From an uncultured virus (IMG/VR IMGVR_UViG_3300027884_000001) (taxonomy: Duplodnaviria; Heunggongvirae; Uroviricota; Caudoviricetes): 64,000 nt of DNA. Of the stretch, positions 44,631 to 54,426 are shown in pieces. The stretch is from IMG/VR virus record IMGVR_UViG_3300027884_000001, one strand, 5' to 3'. Position numbers and translations under genes: made by a program. Position 1 is the first letter of the stretch. Each line of letters begins with the position of its first letter. The notes beneath the pieces are model-generated. The model was not told the DNA's origin. It made no database searches and worked only from the letters and a program-made list of their open reading frames with translations.

Positions 44631-46004
44631 ATGCGACACAGACATCTACGCAAGGACTACGGCGCCCTTTCCGAGCTGATCGCAATCGGCGGCGCTGGCG
44701 GAGGCGACTTCCCGTCTCCCGTCGTACCGAACCCGAGCTGGCTGCAAGCCAACTGGTACGTCAATCCGGTCACCGGAAGCGACAGCGCGTCGGGAACGTC
44801 TCCCGCGACGGCCGTCAAGACGATCATGGGCGGCATCGTGGCACGGTGGGGAACGACCGAGCCGATCCTCAAGCAGAGCACTACAATCTTTCTTCTCGCG
44901 GCCGAGACACTAAACCAAGAAGCGATCGTGCTGGCGCCCGTGATGGTATTCGGGACCGTCTTCGGACTCGTCGGCACACCGACGCCCATCGCATCGTTCG
45001 CGCTCGGCGTGGTCACGCCGAAAAACAGATCCACGCCGCAGCTGCTCACCGCAGCTGGTTTCACCGCGGCGGGACTGGCCGTCGGTCAGATCGTAGTCAA
45101 CATCACGCGCGGCAATTCGCATGCGATCATCGAAAACCTTGCCGGCGGCGTGGCGACACTCTCGCAACCACTGCAACCATTGACGATCGCCGATGCGGCA
45201 TCGTTCCCACCACCGCTACCGGAAGAAGTCGACACGTGGGCCACAACTGACGCCGTGGCAGTGATTGCGCCGCTGCTCATCAACATCAAGGAATACAACC
45301 CACGGGGCGGCGATACAACAGACGGCACCCATGGAGGGAACTGGTGGATGCAGGGCGTCCACATTGCTGACACTTCTGGCACCGACGGAAACTCGACCTT
45401 GACGATGGGGTCGACAGACTGTCTCGGCTACGTGATCGACTCCTACGTGTCGCCATTTCTCATCATTGGTCAGATCGGCGCCGAGGGCGTCGACAGCAAC
45501 TACGTGGTGGGGTGCTACTGCGGCGGAGGCGTCTCGATTCAGTACGGACAGGTCGTCGGCGGAGTGGTCGCGCTCTTCGGACTCGGCTTTGGTCCCTACG
45601 GCGGCGTGGACGGCGACGCGATCTGCATCACGATCGATTGCTTCGACGCGCCGTGTTTCGTCGGAATGGCCTACGTGCAAACAGGAACGCTTCAGGTTGG
45701 AAACAACGGCATGTTGAAGCTCGACCCGATCAACAGTGTGACGCCGACCTATTCGGCGTTTCTGTGGGGACCAGCCGGCCTAGACGTCGCTGACAACGGG
45801 TACTTTGAGAACACCACAGGAGTTTCGTACGTCACTCGCGTCCTGCTCAAGGGCGCTCTGACGATCAACGGCAACGCCACCGGCACGAGCTACGCAGCAG
45901 GCGTGTGGACCGACGGCATCGCGGTGACGCAAGCCAACATCGACGCTCACGACGGTCTACAGAACCCGCGTACGGGCGCGAAGTACTACAACGCGGCAGG
46001 TTGA
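44631..46004 (+). CDS. putative spike/receptor-binding protein (beta-helix-like)
   Basis: RHLRKDYG N-terminus; WYVNPVTGSD..SGTSP..AVKT; GGAGA RBS. Confidence 0.7.
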   Translation: MRHRHLRKDYGALSELIAIGGAGGGDFPSPVVPNPSWLQANWYVNPVTGSDSASGTSPATAVKTIMGGIVARWGTTEPILKQSTTIFLLAAETLNQEAIVLAPVMVFGTVFGLVGTPTPIASFALGVVTPKNRSTPQLLTAAGFTAAGLAVGQIVVNITRGNSHAIIENLAGGVATLSQPLQPLTIADAASFPPPLPEEVDTWATTDAVAVIAPLLINIKEYNPRGGDTTDGTHGGNWWMQGVHIADTSGTDGNSTLTMGSTDCLGYVIDSYVSPFLIIGQIGAEGVDSNYVVGCYCGGGVSIQYGQVVGGVVALFGLGFGPYGGVDGDAICITIDCFDAPCFVGMAYVQTGTLQVGNNGMLKLDPINSVTPTYSAFLWGPAGLDVADNGYFENTTGVSYVTRVLLKGALTINGNATGTSYAAGVWTDGIAVTQANIDAHDGLQNPRTGAKYYNAAG

Positions 46005-46126
46005 TCGCAGCAAGCGCTCGACCGCATCGCGGCGAACACGACGAACGCGCACCCTATCCCTTGACCGCGTACGGATCGAAGATCGCTGGCACACTGCGCG
46101 CGGCGGCGGCGTCCTGCGTATCTTGG

Positions 46127-46435
46127 CTAGACACGGCTACGACGCCTTGATCGTGCGCGAGCAACAGCACGTTTGTACGTGGCTGCCGAATCGTTTTCGG
46201 TCAAGAGCTTGCGCCAGCGACGCACCGTCTTCGCAGCATCCGTAACCATCGCGCTCATTGCGTCGCGTGACCGTGCAGGCCTTACGTTCGCCAATTCTTG
46301 GAGGACGTTCACGAGCAAGAATTCGCGCGCTGACAGTCGATTTCTGATCGCTCCACGCATCGCGTCGGTGTAGTCGTTCGTTGACGCGATCAGTCCGAGC
46401 GTGAACATGTTGTCGAGTTCTGCTTCGTCGTTCAT
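46127..46435 (-). CDS. hypothetical protein downstream of recombinase
   Basis: ATGA overlap with recombinase stop. Confidence 0.55.
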   Translation of the reverse strand: MNDEAELDNMFTLGLIASTNDYTDAMRGAIRNRLSAREFLLVNVLQELANVRPARSRDAMSAMVTDAAKTVRRWRKLLTENDSAATYKRAVARARSRRRSRV

Positions 46436-47433
46436 GGTGACCCTTTCTTGCCAGGCATGAAGCCGCTCGTCGCGTTGTCGACGAACACGGTGGCGTGCCG
46501 GATGTATTCCATTAGCTGCTTGATACTCTTGTGACCGGTCTGCTTCATGATCGATTCGAGGCTCTTGCCCTGGCGCGCAGCTGTCGTCACGAACCCGGCC
46601 CGCATCGAGTGACCTGAGAAGTCGTCAGCGTCCAGACCGATGCTAGCTACCGTTTCCTTCACGATTCGAGCGACCGCGCGATCGTTCAGACGTCGATCGA
46701 TCGCGCGGCCACGCACGACAGGACGGAAGATAGGTCCGGAGATGATGCTCGCTGCGTCCGTCCATTCGCCAAGGGCCCGGATCGGACACTCTTCGCTGTT
46801 ATTCTGCGCCAAGATGCCAACCGTGCGACCATCGCCTTCCTGATCCGTCTTACTCTTCGGCAGGTAGACCTGGAGTCCAGCATCGGTCACCTGTAGCGTC
46901 TCGACATCGAGCCCCACGAGTTCCGAACGACGGAACCCACCCATCACGCCGACGAGCAGCAGCGCACGATCACGCGTTGCCTTGAGGTCGTGACCGAGGT
47001 TCGATACGATCTTGGCGACCTCCACGTCGGTCAGCGGACGTTTTCGAACGACAAGACGAGCGTTGTCGCGTCTGATTCCCTTGAGGACCTGAGCGATCCG
47101 GTACGGTCGCAGTCCTGGCGGCCACGTCTCCGGCGCGCTCGAACGCAGCGTAGCCAGCAGCCCGCTGTAGACGCGTGCGATCGAGCCAGGGGCGCAGCCC
47201 TCGTCGGCCAGGACCGCGAGATAGTTGGCCACCACAACGTCGTCCGCACGCCCCGCTTCTACCCCCTCGGAGAGGCACCAGGCCTCGAAGGAGCGCCAGT
47301 CAGAGGCGTAGGCGCGGCTGGTATTAGGGCTCCTGAGAGTCGCGCGGAGCTGCCGGACTCGCTCGCTTTCCTGCAGCGTTGTAATTGTACTGCAAGTATC
47401 GAGAATTATTGAGGAATCTGGCGTTTCTGCCAC
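46432..47433 (-). CDS. tyrosine recombinase (Cre/Xer-like integrase or resolvase)
   Basis: RDRALLL...GFRRSEL...KSKTDQ...SGHSMRAG...TGH...YIR catalytic residues. Confidence 0.93.
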   Translation of the reverse strand: MAETPDSSIILDTCSTITTLQESERVRQLRATLRSPNTSRAYASDWRSFEAWCLSEGVEAGRADDVVVANYLAVLADEGCAPGSIARVYSGLLATLRSSAPETWPPGLRPYRIAQVLKGIRRDNARLVVRKRPLTDVEVAKIVSNLGHDLKATRDRALLLVGVMGGFRRSELVGLDVETLQVTDAGLQVYLPKSKTDQEGDGRTVGILAQNNSEECPIRALGEWTDAASIISGPIFRPVVRGRAIDRRLNDRAVARIVKETVASIGLDADDFSGHSMRAGFVTTAARQGKSLESIMKQTGHKSIKQLMEYIRHATVFVDNATSGFMPGKKGSP

Positions 47434-47497
47434 GTGTCCGATACCTGGAGTTTATCGGTCATCGCTCCTCTAGTCCAGGGTCCTGTAGGCTCTACCC

Positions 47498-47656
47498 ATG
47501 GCCACCATCGCTATCCCGCTCCTCGTCGCCGTCGTCGGAGCCCTCGTCTACGCGCTCTCGTCCAACGCCAAGGTCGCGCGCATGGGGGAGATCGCGTTCT
47601 TCGTCGGGCTGCTCTGGCTGGTCTATCAGCTCGGCTCGAGGCAGCTGCACTTCTAG
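47498..47656 (+). CDS. small two-TM membrane protein
   Basis: MATIAIPLLVAVVGALVYAL...GEIAFFVGLLWLVY; TAGGCT 6 nt upstream. Confidence 0.6.
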   Translation: MATIAIPLLVAVVGALVYALSSNAKVARMGEIAFFVGLLWLVYQLGSRQLHF

Positions 47657-47898
47657 GGCGTCTCGGCGGGCCACGCTTCGATCCCGTTGTCTTCCAGAAT
47701 CTCGACGCATAGAAGGATGCACGCGTCGCAGATCGTCACGAGCGGCCCCTGGACGATGTAGCGCACCGGGTCGGGTCGGAAGCCGGAGACGGGCTCGCCG
47801 CGCTTCTTGCCGCAGAACGAGCATGTTGCGTCGGGCGGCGCGGTCGGCAGCGGGTACGGGCCAGACGTCACGGCTTCCTCAGCCGAAACTCGTACCAC
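47653..47898 (-). CDS. ClpX-type C4 zinc-finger protein
   Basis: CSFCGK...IVQGP.VTICDACI.LC.EIL; start may be GTG near 47871. Confidence 0.75.
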   Translation of the reverse strand: MVRVSAEEAVTSGPYPLPTAPPDATCSFCGKKRGEPVSGFRPDPVRYIVQGPLVTICDACILLCVEILEDNGIEAWPAETP

Positions 47899-48236
47899 GG
47901 CGGCGGCCCGAACTCTATGAATGACGTCAGGGTCTGCTCAGTCAGGTACTCGCATGCCCCGATCTCCTCGCAGTCGCACTTGCCCAGCAGGTGCCGCGTC
48001 GACTCGAGCACGGCTGCTTCCAGCTCGGCGATGCGAGCGACGGCGCGTTCGGCCATCTGCACCGTGCTCTCGTAGGCCATCGCGCTCTCTGGAAATGGTC
48101 CCGTCTTCAGCTGCGGCGGACCGAGAACCTCGCGCAGACGAGCGTGCGCCTCGTTGAGCGTCTTCGTCAACCCGTCGCCTTCGCGCCAGTAGGCGACTTC
48201 GCGTTCAAGCTCGGCGATGCGCTCGTCGCTCGTCAT
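47868..48236 (-). CDS. hypothetical protein
   Basis: AGGAG RBS; RIAELE coiled-coil motifs. Confidence 0.55.
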   Translation of the reverse strand: MTSDERIAELEREVAYWREGDGLTKTLNEAHARLREVLGPPQLKTGPFPESAMAYESTVQMAERAVARIAELEAAVLESTRHLLGKCDCEEIGACEYLTEQTLTSFIEFGPPPWYEFRLRKP

Positions 48237-48735
48237 CGTTTTCGCTCCTGCACGAGAGCTGCGAGCTGCTTCGGGTCCTCGATGACGCGCTTGTACTCGT
48301 CCCACGTCATGCCGAGGTACTTGTGGAGCGACATGTCGAAGCCGGCGCCGTCGTGCCACGCTTCGACCGCGTCGTCGAAGCCATCATGTAGGTCGGGCGC
48401 GCGACCGAGGGCGAGAAGCTCGTCACCCTCGACGGAGTCGCCCGCGGAGCGACGACTCCAGCGATCATCTCGGCGACCGCCTTACCGCCATCCGCCAGCG
48501 GCTCCCCATTCAGCGCCGCCACCAGCGCGTCCCGTAGCTCGTTCATGGCCGCTGCGACACGCGCCACAGGGTCCTGCGCCACGCGACCAGCAACAGGGAG
48601 CGCGGCGTCACGAACGGCCGGATGGAGCCCCCCTCGGCGGCGGTGAAAGCCGGGACACCCACATCCGTGCTCGCAGCGGCCCACGTGCGTGGCCTGCTCG
48701 TGGACGCACCCGCAGAGGGGCGGCCGGCGCTTCAC
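48233..48735 (-). CDS. hypothetical protein, apparently frameshifted near 48450
   Basis: N-terminal C.C.H...C.C; alternative frame gives WHDG...SLHKYLGMTWDEYK ending in ATGA overlap with next gene. Confidence 0.45.
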
Positions 48736-49013
48736 TGGCGCCCCCTCTGCGGCGCCGCGTCAGCCAGGAAACGCTCCCCGGCGGGCGTCAGGGTGAACCG
48801 AGCCATCGAGCGCCTGCCCGCCCTCTGCAGCAGCCCGTGCCGCACCAGGTAGCCGGTGACCTTACCGACCCCGCTGAGCGTCCTGCGCTCGACCCCGGCG
48901 CCAAGCGTCGACGGCCACTTACGGGCGAACTCCGCCAGGGTCGGCCCGTCAGCTCCCCCCGCACGGACGATGCGGAGCGCCTCCAGGATCGTGTCACGCG
49001 TCGGATCCATCAT
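48732..49013 (-). CDS. winged-helix-like protein
   Basis: LVRHGLL...FTLTPAG. Confidence 0.5.
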   Translation of the reverse strand: MMDPTRDTILEALRIVRAGGADGPTLAEFARKWPSTLGAGVERRTLSGVGKVTGYLVRHGLLQRAGRRSMARFTLTPAGERFLADAAPQRGRQ

Positions 49014-49215
49014 GACGGGGTCACTCCGCTAAGGTCGAACATCCAGCAAGCATCCGGCGAGCGTCGCCGGTGTAGTAGGAGACGGCCCCTGGAACGGTCC
49101 CTGGCACGGTCCTGACCTGGAACGCAGACACGACCCCCGGGCCCTGAGGACCCAAGAGAGGCTACGGGGTAGGTTCCGGGGTCCGAAAACAGTCTCTGAA
49201 GCGAACTCATGGGCC

Positions 49216-49749
49216 TCAGACGACCTCGCGGATGTCGCCTGCCTGCTCAATGAAGCACCGGACGCCGTGATGGCGCGCGAAACTCAGGGCGTCGACGTCG
49301 AAACGGCTCCGGGCGACCAGCCAGGCCTCGCTCGGGTACCAATCGGCGTCCTGGAGCGTCCGGACGTCCTCGACCTGGTTGACGAGCTTCCAGACGACGT
49401 CGCGTCGAACCGTGGCGTCGCCGCTCTTGCACTCCACCCAGACGTGCCGCGGACCGAAGTACATGACGCAGGCCAGGACGAACATGATGGCCGCGAACGT
49501 CAGGAGCGCGGTCTGAGCCACCATGTTGGTGTCGTCGGCGTACGAGACCACGATCCCGACGATCGCCGCGACGATGGAGAGCTGCGACGTCAGTTTCCAG
49601 CGCGGGTTCGAGACGATCGCGTGCACGTCGACCTCGTGACCGTGCGCAGCGACGCGGCCGCGCTGTCGGACGCGCTTCTCGGTGAACCGCGCGCCGCGCT
49701 TTCGCAGCCAGCGCTCGACCGCGTTCTCGAACGTCACACCGTCGTTCAT
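49216..49749 (-). CDS. Mrr-like PD-(D/E)XK nuclease with inserted TM hairpin
   Basis: FE..V...L...G; HEVDV; two hydrophobic helices; VECK; FDVDALSFA...GV. Confidence 0.7.
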   Translation of the reverse strand: MNDGVTFENAVERWLRKRGARFTEKRVRQRGRVAAHGHEVDVHAIVSNPRWKLTSQLSIVAAIVGIVVSYADDTNMVAQTALLTFAAIMFVLACVMYFGPRHVWVECKSGDATVRRDVVWKLVNQVEDVRTLQDADWYPSEAWLVARSRFDVDALSFARHHGVRCFIEQAGDIREVV

Positions 49750-50171
49750 CGCTCCCTCCACGCTTGAACTTCTTGGATCAGGTTCTCGAACATGTCCGTC
49801 GTCTCACGCTGATGCAGCTCGTCTTGCCAGCGCGCGTTCTCGTTGCCGAAAATGTGGCGATAGAAGAGCGGCTCCCGACGCCGACGTTCTTCCAGGAGCC
49901 TATTGGCGGCGACGAGGTTCACAGGCTCCGGCTTGACCTCATCGTCCTCACGCTTCTGCTCGTGCATCTCGTCTGCCTTATGCAGCTCGTCCTGGAGATC
50001 TTCGATCTTCGTTTCGCACCGCTCGTGCAGTCGCGGATCGTAGAGCTTCTCCAGACCGTCCTGCAGGGCCTCAAAGAGCGCACGTTCGCGGTCGGTCGCC
50101 GGCAAGCCACCGATCGGCTTCTGCGCTTCGAGGTACGCGCGCGTGATCGGGCTCGCCTTCGGGTTGTCCAT
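49746..50171 (-). CDS. hypothetical protein
   Basis: Overlap-coupled operon. Confidence 0.55.
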   Translation of the reverse strand: MDNPKASPITRAYLEAQKPIGGLPATDRERALFEALQDGLEKLYDPRLHERCETKIEDLQDELHKADEMHEQKREDDEVKPEPVNLVAANRLLEERRRREPLFYRHIFGNENARWQDELHQRETTDMFENLIQEVQAWRER

Positions 50172-50182
50172 CGTCGCCACGC

Positions 50183-50485
50183 TCACGCTCGCGCCGACTT
50201 CGACCGCGCTCGCGCTCGCGACCGCGCGCGCTTGACGCGTCGCTCTTCCCACTCCGCGCGCTCCTTGGCTGTGGGCACGTACTGCAGCCCACTGAGACCC
50301 TTGAGGATGGATGGGTACTTCGCGAGCCACCGCATGAGCGTGCGGACGCTGACGTCCAGCTCCTCGGCGGCCCGCACGCGGTGTCCGCGATGCTTCTTGA
50401 TCGCTGCCTGGCACGTCAACACGAACTTGCCGTTGTCGACGTACTGCAGCGAGCCCAGCGCCTTGTTGTTCGGTGCGATCTGCAT
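50183..50485 (-). CDS. Fis-type HTH DNA-binding protein
   Basis: AIKKHRGHRVRAAEELDVSVRTLMRWL; start uncertain. Confidence 0.7.
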   Translation of the reverse strand: MQIAPNNKALGSLQYVDNGKFVLTCQAAIKKHRGHRVRAAEELDVSVRTLMRWLAKYPSILKGLSGLQYVPTAKERAEWEERRVKRARSRARARSKSARA

Positions 50486-50525
50486 GATGGTCCCTTCCTC
50501 GTTGCCCGTCTCGAGCCCTGCCACG

Positions 50526-51107
50526 CTACTTCAACTCTCCATCCTCGGGCTTGGCCGGTGCCGGAGGCAGCAGCTTGGCGACACGCGGATCGTCCGACAG
50601 CGCCTTGAGCGCAGGACTGACCGTCTTGGCGTACCAGTCGCGCCACTGCTTGTCCGGACCATGATCCGGAAGCTTGGCGATGTTCACCATCTCGGAGTTC
50701 TTCTGCAGAGCCGCGTGCGCGCTGTTGACCCGACGCACGTTGCCAGGCAGCGACGACTTGACCAGGTCCAGATCGTCGACGGTGGCGCGTGCTCCGACAC
50801 CGCTGACGTTGCGAATGTCGCGCTTGTACTTCTTCTGCAGGATCGGCCTGCATCCTGGCAGCTTGCGTCGTAGCGTATCAACGTCCTCGTTGGCCATCCG
50901 GGGCGTGTGACTGAAGCCCATGATGTACTTGAGGATGATGTTGTACGGGATGATCGCGTACGGGTTCTTCTTCGCTGCCCAGTCGAGAAGAAACGCGATC
51001 CGATGCGAGATCGACATCGTCATGTCGATCTTGAAGCCCCTGAAGAACCCGTTCCAGTCACTGACCGTGCTGCCAGTTGCACTATTGCTATTCATGCTCG
51101 TCTCCAT
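50526..51107 (-). CDS. hypothetical protein
   Basis: Protein-like ORF in leftward operon. Confidence 0.6.
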   Translation of the reverse strand: METSMNSNSATGSTVSDWNGFFRGFKIDMTMSISHRIAFLLDWAAKKNPYAIIPYNIILKYIMGFSHTPRMANEDVDTLRRKLPGCRPILQKKYKRDIRNVSGVGARATVDDLDLVKSSLPGNVRRVNSAHAALQKNSEMVNIAKLPDHGPDKQWRDWYAKTVSPALKALSDDPRVAKLLPPAPAKPEDGELK

Positions 51108-52080
51108 GGTTGTCTGACTCCTCGTTCGTCGTTGCGCTGTCTTTCGCTTGGTAGCTCTCTTCGATGGTTCGCATCGCTTCGACGACGGCGTCGTAACGAT
51201 CGTGCGACGCGTCTCCGGTGACGTCCGGATGGTATTCACGCGCCAGCCGTCGGAAGTTCTTCTTCGCCGCCATGTACATCGCGTGACTCGCGTGCTCACC
51301 GATCGCGGGCGGGTCCACGCTCAGCAGCTGACACGCTGCACGAAGCTTCTTGCGATCGGCCGAGCCGCGCGTCACCGGTGCGTTGTTCAGCGACGCGTTC
51401 TGCTTGGCGTTGCGGATCCGGCCGTTGAGCAGCGAGATCATGCTGCTGATCTCGACCTCGATCTGCGACCGCAGACTCTCGCGCATACGCATGTCGCCGA
51501 TGCTTTGTAGCTCCGCGTCGACGACGCGCTTGACGGCCGCGCGAACAGCGCCCCACAGCTCCCGCGACGACTGTACGCGTTTCGCCACGTTGGCCGGATC
51601 TCGCCGATCTCGCTTCGGTCTGGTGCCTATCGCGAATCCCTTCGGACGCGCTGGTCGTTTGCGGAACGTACCTTCCGCCGTTTCGTGTTTCTGCCACGTG
51701 TCGTACTCGGCCAGCTCCCGCACAATCGCTTCCTTGAGCGAGCACGTCTCGGCGATGCTTCGGATGCGTGCGCGCTGCAGGATCTGCAAGCCGCTCCGGA
51801 CAAGCATCCGTTCCGGGCCGTCGATACGGTCCCACAAGATCTGCGAGTCCGGCTCTGCCATCCAGATGGATGTCCGCGCTTCCGACGTACGGTACGCGAC
51901 CTGAAGTGTACGATGGAGCCACGTGCGGCATCCGCCCGCCTGACGCTCGCCACGCGGCACCAGATCCCACATCCAGCTCTCGATCTGGGCACGCTCACGA
52001 TGCGTGGTCGCGTACGACCAGAGCGCCTTGAGGTTCTCCATGTCGAGCTTCGGATTGACAGCATCGCTCATGATCATCAC
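51088..52080 (-). CDS. C-terminal J-domain (DnaJ-like) protein
   Basis: KKNFRRLAREYHPD. Confidence 0.75.
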   Translation of the reverse strand: MMIMSDAVNPKLDMENLKALWSYATTHRERAQIESWMWDLVPRGERQAGGCRTWLHRTLQVAYRTSEARTSIWMAEPDSQILWDRIDGPERMLVRSGLQILQRARIRSIAETCSLKEAIVRELAEYDTWQKHETAEGTFRKRPARPKGFAIGTRPKRDRRDPANVAKRVQSSRELWGAVRAAVKRVVDAELQSIGDMRMRESLRSQIEVEISSMISLLNGRIRNAKQNASLNNAPVTRGSADRKKLRAACQLLSVDPPAIGEHASHAMYMAAKKNFRRLAREYHPDVTGDASHDRYDAVVEAMRTIEESYQAKDSATTNEESDNHGDEHE

Positions 52081-53191
52081 CTGGACGGCTCCTCTTCGAT
52101 CGGCTTGAGGCCCAGCTCACGCTCCAGACGCGAGAAGCGCGCGTCCATGCGAGACAAGATGTCGACAAACTGCATCATCCGCGTAGCGATCATCGCGAGC
52201 ATCTCGAGCGGGTTGCCGTCGATGGCCTGCGTCTCGTCCTGCTTGTCCGGCGCAGCAAGATCGGTCGGCGCCTCGATCTGCGGCTCGGGCTTCGGCGGCG
52301 ACATGTCCGGCGGCGCGTCCACCACACGATGCGATGTCCCCGGCCACACGAGAACCGCGATCTGTTCCTGCGTGAGCGATCTCACGAAGTCGCGCAGATT
52401 CTCGGGCACGACGTACCACGCGCTCGTTCCCATGCCACGCTTGACGATGTATCCGGCGTCACGTATCCGGTACGCAATCGCGTACATGTTGCCCGCGATC
52501 ACGTTGCTGATGTGAGCGATGCGAAGTTTCTCTCCGCGAGCGCCGCGATCGAGCCACACGCGCACGTCTGCCATGAGCTTGGCATCCCGAGCTGCCTTCG
52601 ACCTCGGGAGCGGAGTGGGCGGATGCGACTTTCGACGCATCGGCGGCGGTACATCATCGTCGTTGTCAGCCACTTTCTCCGGCTCCTTCTCTGTCGACTC
52701 GTCGACCGGTGGCGGCGTGAACCTGAACTCGTCAAGGTCGAATCCAGGCTCGCGCTTCAGGATCTGCCGTTCTTCTTCGGTGACGTCCGTGAGAGCGAAC
52801 GCCACGATCTCCCCGTCCGTCACATCCGTGCGAGCTAGCTCCTTGAGCTTCGATGTCGCGGTAGCGCCGCCGGCCGCTCCTTCCTTGACCACGATCAAGC
52901 TTCGCGTCTTGAGTCGCTCGACAATCTCTTGGCGTCGGTGGCTAGACAGATTCGCGGTGGGCGTCATCTGCGATGTCGGTACACGCTCGCCACCGACGAC
53001 GAGACGCGCGAACCAGTGACGCAGGTCCGCCAACAACATGTCGTGGTCGTACGGGATCAGCTTCGGCGTCGGCTCCTCGACGACGCCCGACTTGGCGAGC
53101 GCTTGCGCCAGCTGGTTGCCTCGAAGCGGTGCCGACTTGCCGTGTCGGTACGAGTCCGGACGCCCTTTGCGATCGTTCAATGCCATGGTCA
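52077..53191 (-). CDS. hypothetical protein, possibly DNA-binding
   Basis: Long ORF; start inferred at MTMALND. Confidence 0.55.
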
Positions 53192-53196
53192 TGGTC

Positions 53197-53595
53197 CTAG
53201 ACTTCCTTCGCGGTCTTCTTGTCGACGGCGCGCCTGCGCTTGTTGCCGAGCCTGGTCCATGTCTTACGGTTGCGGCGCAGGATCTTCTCGGTGGATCCGA
53301 ACTGATGCCGCTGGACCACTGCCGAGCGAATCTCTCGCGTCTCGGTCTTCTTCCGAGGACGTCGTCGCGCTCCCGCCTTCGGGTGCGCACGACCCAAGCG
53401 CTTCGCCGTGTGCTCTCGTCCGTCGTCGGTGATGCGGTACTTGCCGTGGCCATCGCCCTCTGCATATCCGATACGCACCAGGTCCCGGTACGGATGCCGT
53501 CCGGCCGGCGACAAGCGGCAGTCGTACCAACCGTCGTGACTCTCCAGCTCTCTCAGAGCTGCCAGCTGGCTGGCTGTTAGCACAGGCCTGGTCAT
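53197..53595 (-). CDS. basic winged-helix-like protein
   Basis: LTASQLAAL...LVRIGYA...YRITDDG. Confidence 0.55.
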   Translation of the reverse strand: MTRPVLTASQLAALRELESHDGWYDCRLSPAGRHPYRDLVRIGYAEGDGHGKYRITDDGREHTAKRLGRAHPKAGARRRPRKKTETREIRSAVVQRHQFGSTEKILRRNRKTWTRLGNKRRRAVDKKTAKEV

Positions 53596-53927
53596 ACCGT
53601 CTCCCACGCGACTTGATACGTCGACGCCGTGACCTTCCGAAAGTCTTCCATGTACGCGCGCACTTGCTCACGCGTGAGGAACTCGTGAATCGTTTCGTAG
53701 TCGATGAACGACGGGAACTGCGTCTTCGTGGGATCCACGATCGCGTCGTCTGGCGTGACGCACCAGAAGTGTCCGCAGCGTCCCCAGTCCCGGTCGTACA
53801 CGTAGCCGTGCACCAGACGCAGCTCCGGAAACGCGTCCTGCATCGCCTCGCACGCTTCCAGACACAGGCCCGACACCTTACCTTCGCGCTCGGTGACGTA
53901 CTGCGAGATCCATGTGTCGTAGTTCAC
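53592..53927 (-). CDS. small Cys-His-Asp (transglutaminase-like) protein
   Basis: GLC...FPELRLVHG...HFWC...IVDPT..QF. Confidence 0.6.
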   Translation of the reverse strand: MNYDTWISQYVTEREGKVSGLCLEACEAMQDAFPELRLVHGYVYDRDWGRCGHFWCVTPDDAIVDPTKTQFPSFIDYETIHEFLTREQVRAYMEDFRKVTASTYQVAWETV

Positions 53928-54109
53928 GTCGCGACCCCTTCCTGCGCCATGTACTCGCGGATGAAGATCACCAGCGCGCGCACCATGCGCCAGCCGGCTT
54001 TCGGTTCGCCCTTCTCGATGAACGCGTCCAGCTCTTCGTTGGTCAGCGTGGCGATGTCCACGTTGACGAGCTTGCCGCCACGCTTGATGCGGACGTAGAT
54101 CCCCGTCAC
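53924..54109 (-). CDS. hypothetical protein
   Basis: GIYVRIKRGGK..NVDI..LT. Confidence 0.55.
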   Translation of the reverse strand: MTGIYVRIKRGGKLVNVDIATLTNEELDAFIEKGEPKAGWRMVRALVIFIREYMAQEGVAT

Positions 54110-54360
54110 GCCGCCCTCTTCGCGAGAACAAACCGACCGTCGACGACCTCAATGGGCGCGTCGTCTTCCTCGCGTGTCAGCTGGAAGCCGTCGCGGAACA
54201 ACCGCCGAGCCGTCTCGATCTCGTACCGGTACTCGACGTACATGATGCCGTCTACCCACGTGGCCGCGAAGAGCTTGCGCATCCGCGCCGCCGCCTTCTC
54301 GCTCGTCGGCCGGAAGCTCCACATACTGCCGTGACCGATCTTGTTGATCTGGACCTTCAT
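54106..54360 (-). CDS. hypothetical protein
   Basis: GGAGG RBS after TTGACA promoter. Confidence 0.6.
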   Translation of the reverse strand: MKVQINKIGHGSMWSFRPTSEKAAARMRKLFAATWVDGIMYVEYRYEIETARRLFRDGFQLTREEDDAPIEVVDGRFVLAKRAA

Positions 54361-54392
54361 CACCCACCTCCGAAACCGTTGCGCTGTTTTCG

Positions 54393-54421
54393 AACCTACT
54401 GACTCACCAGTCACGTGTCAA
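54393..54421 (-). promoter_or_regulatory. sigma70 promoter with GTGAC half-site
   Basis: TTGACA-CGTGACTGGTGAGTCAG-TAGGTT. Confidence 0.65.
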
Positions 54422-54426
54422 CAATG

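Noticed and set aside
46005..47500. att site or prophage boundary near the recombinase
   Set aside because: No duplicated core or switch to host housekeeping genes seen; virus-like genes continue on both sides
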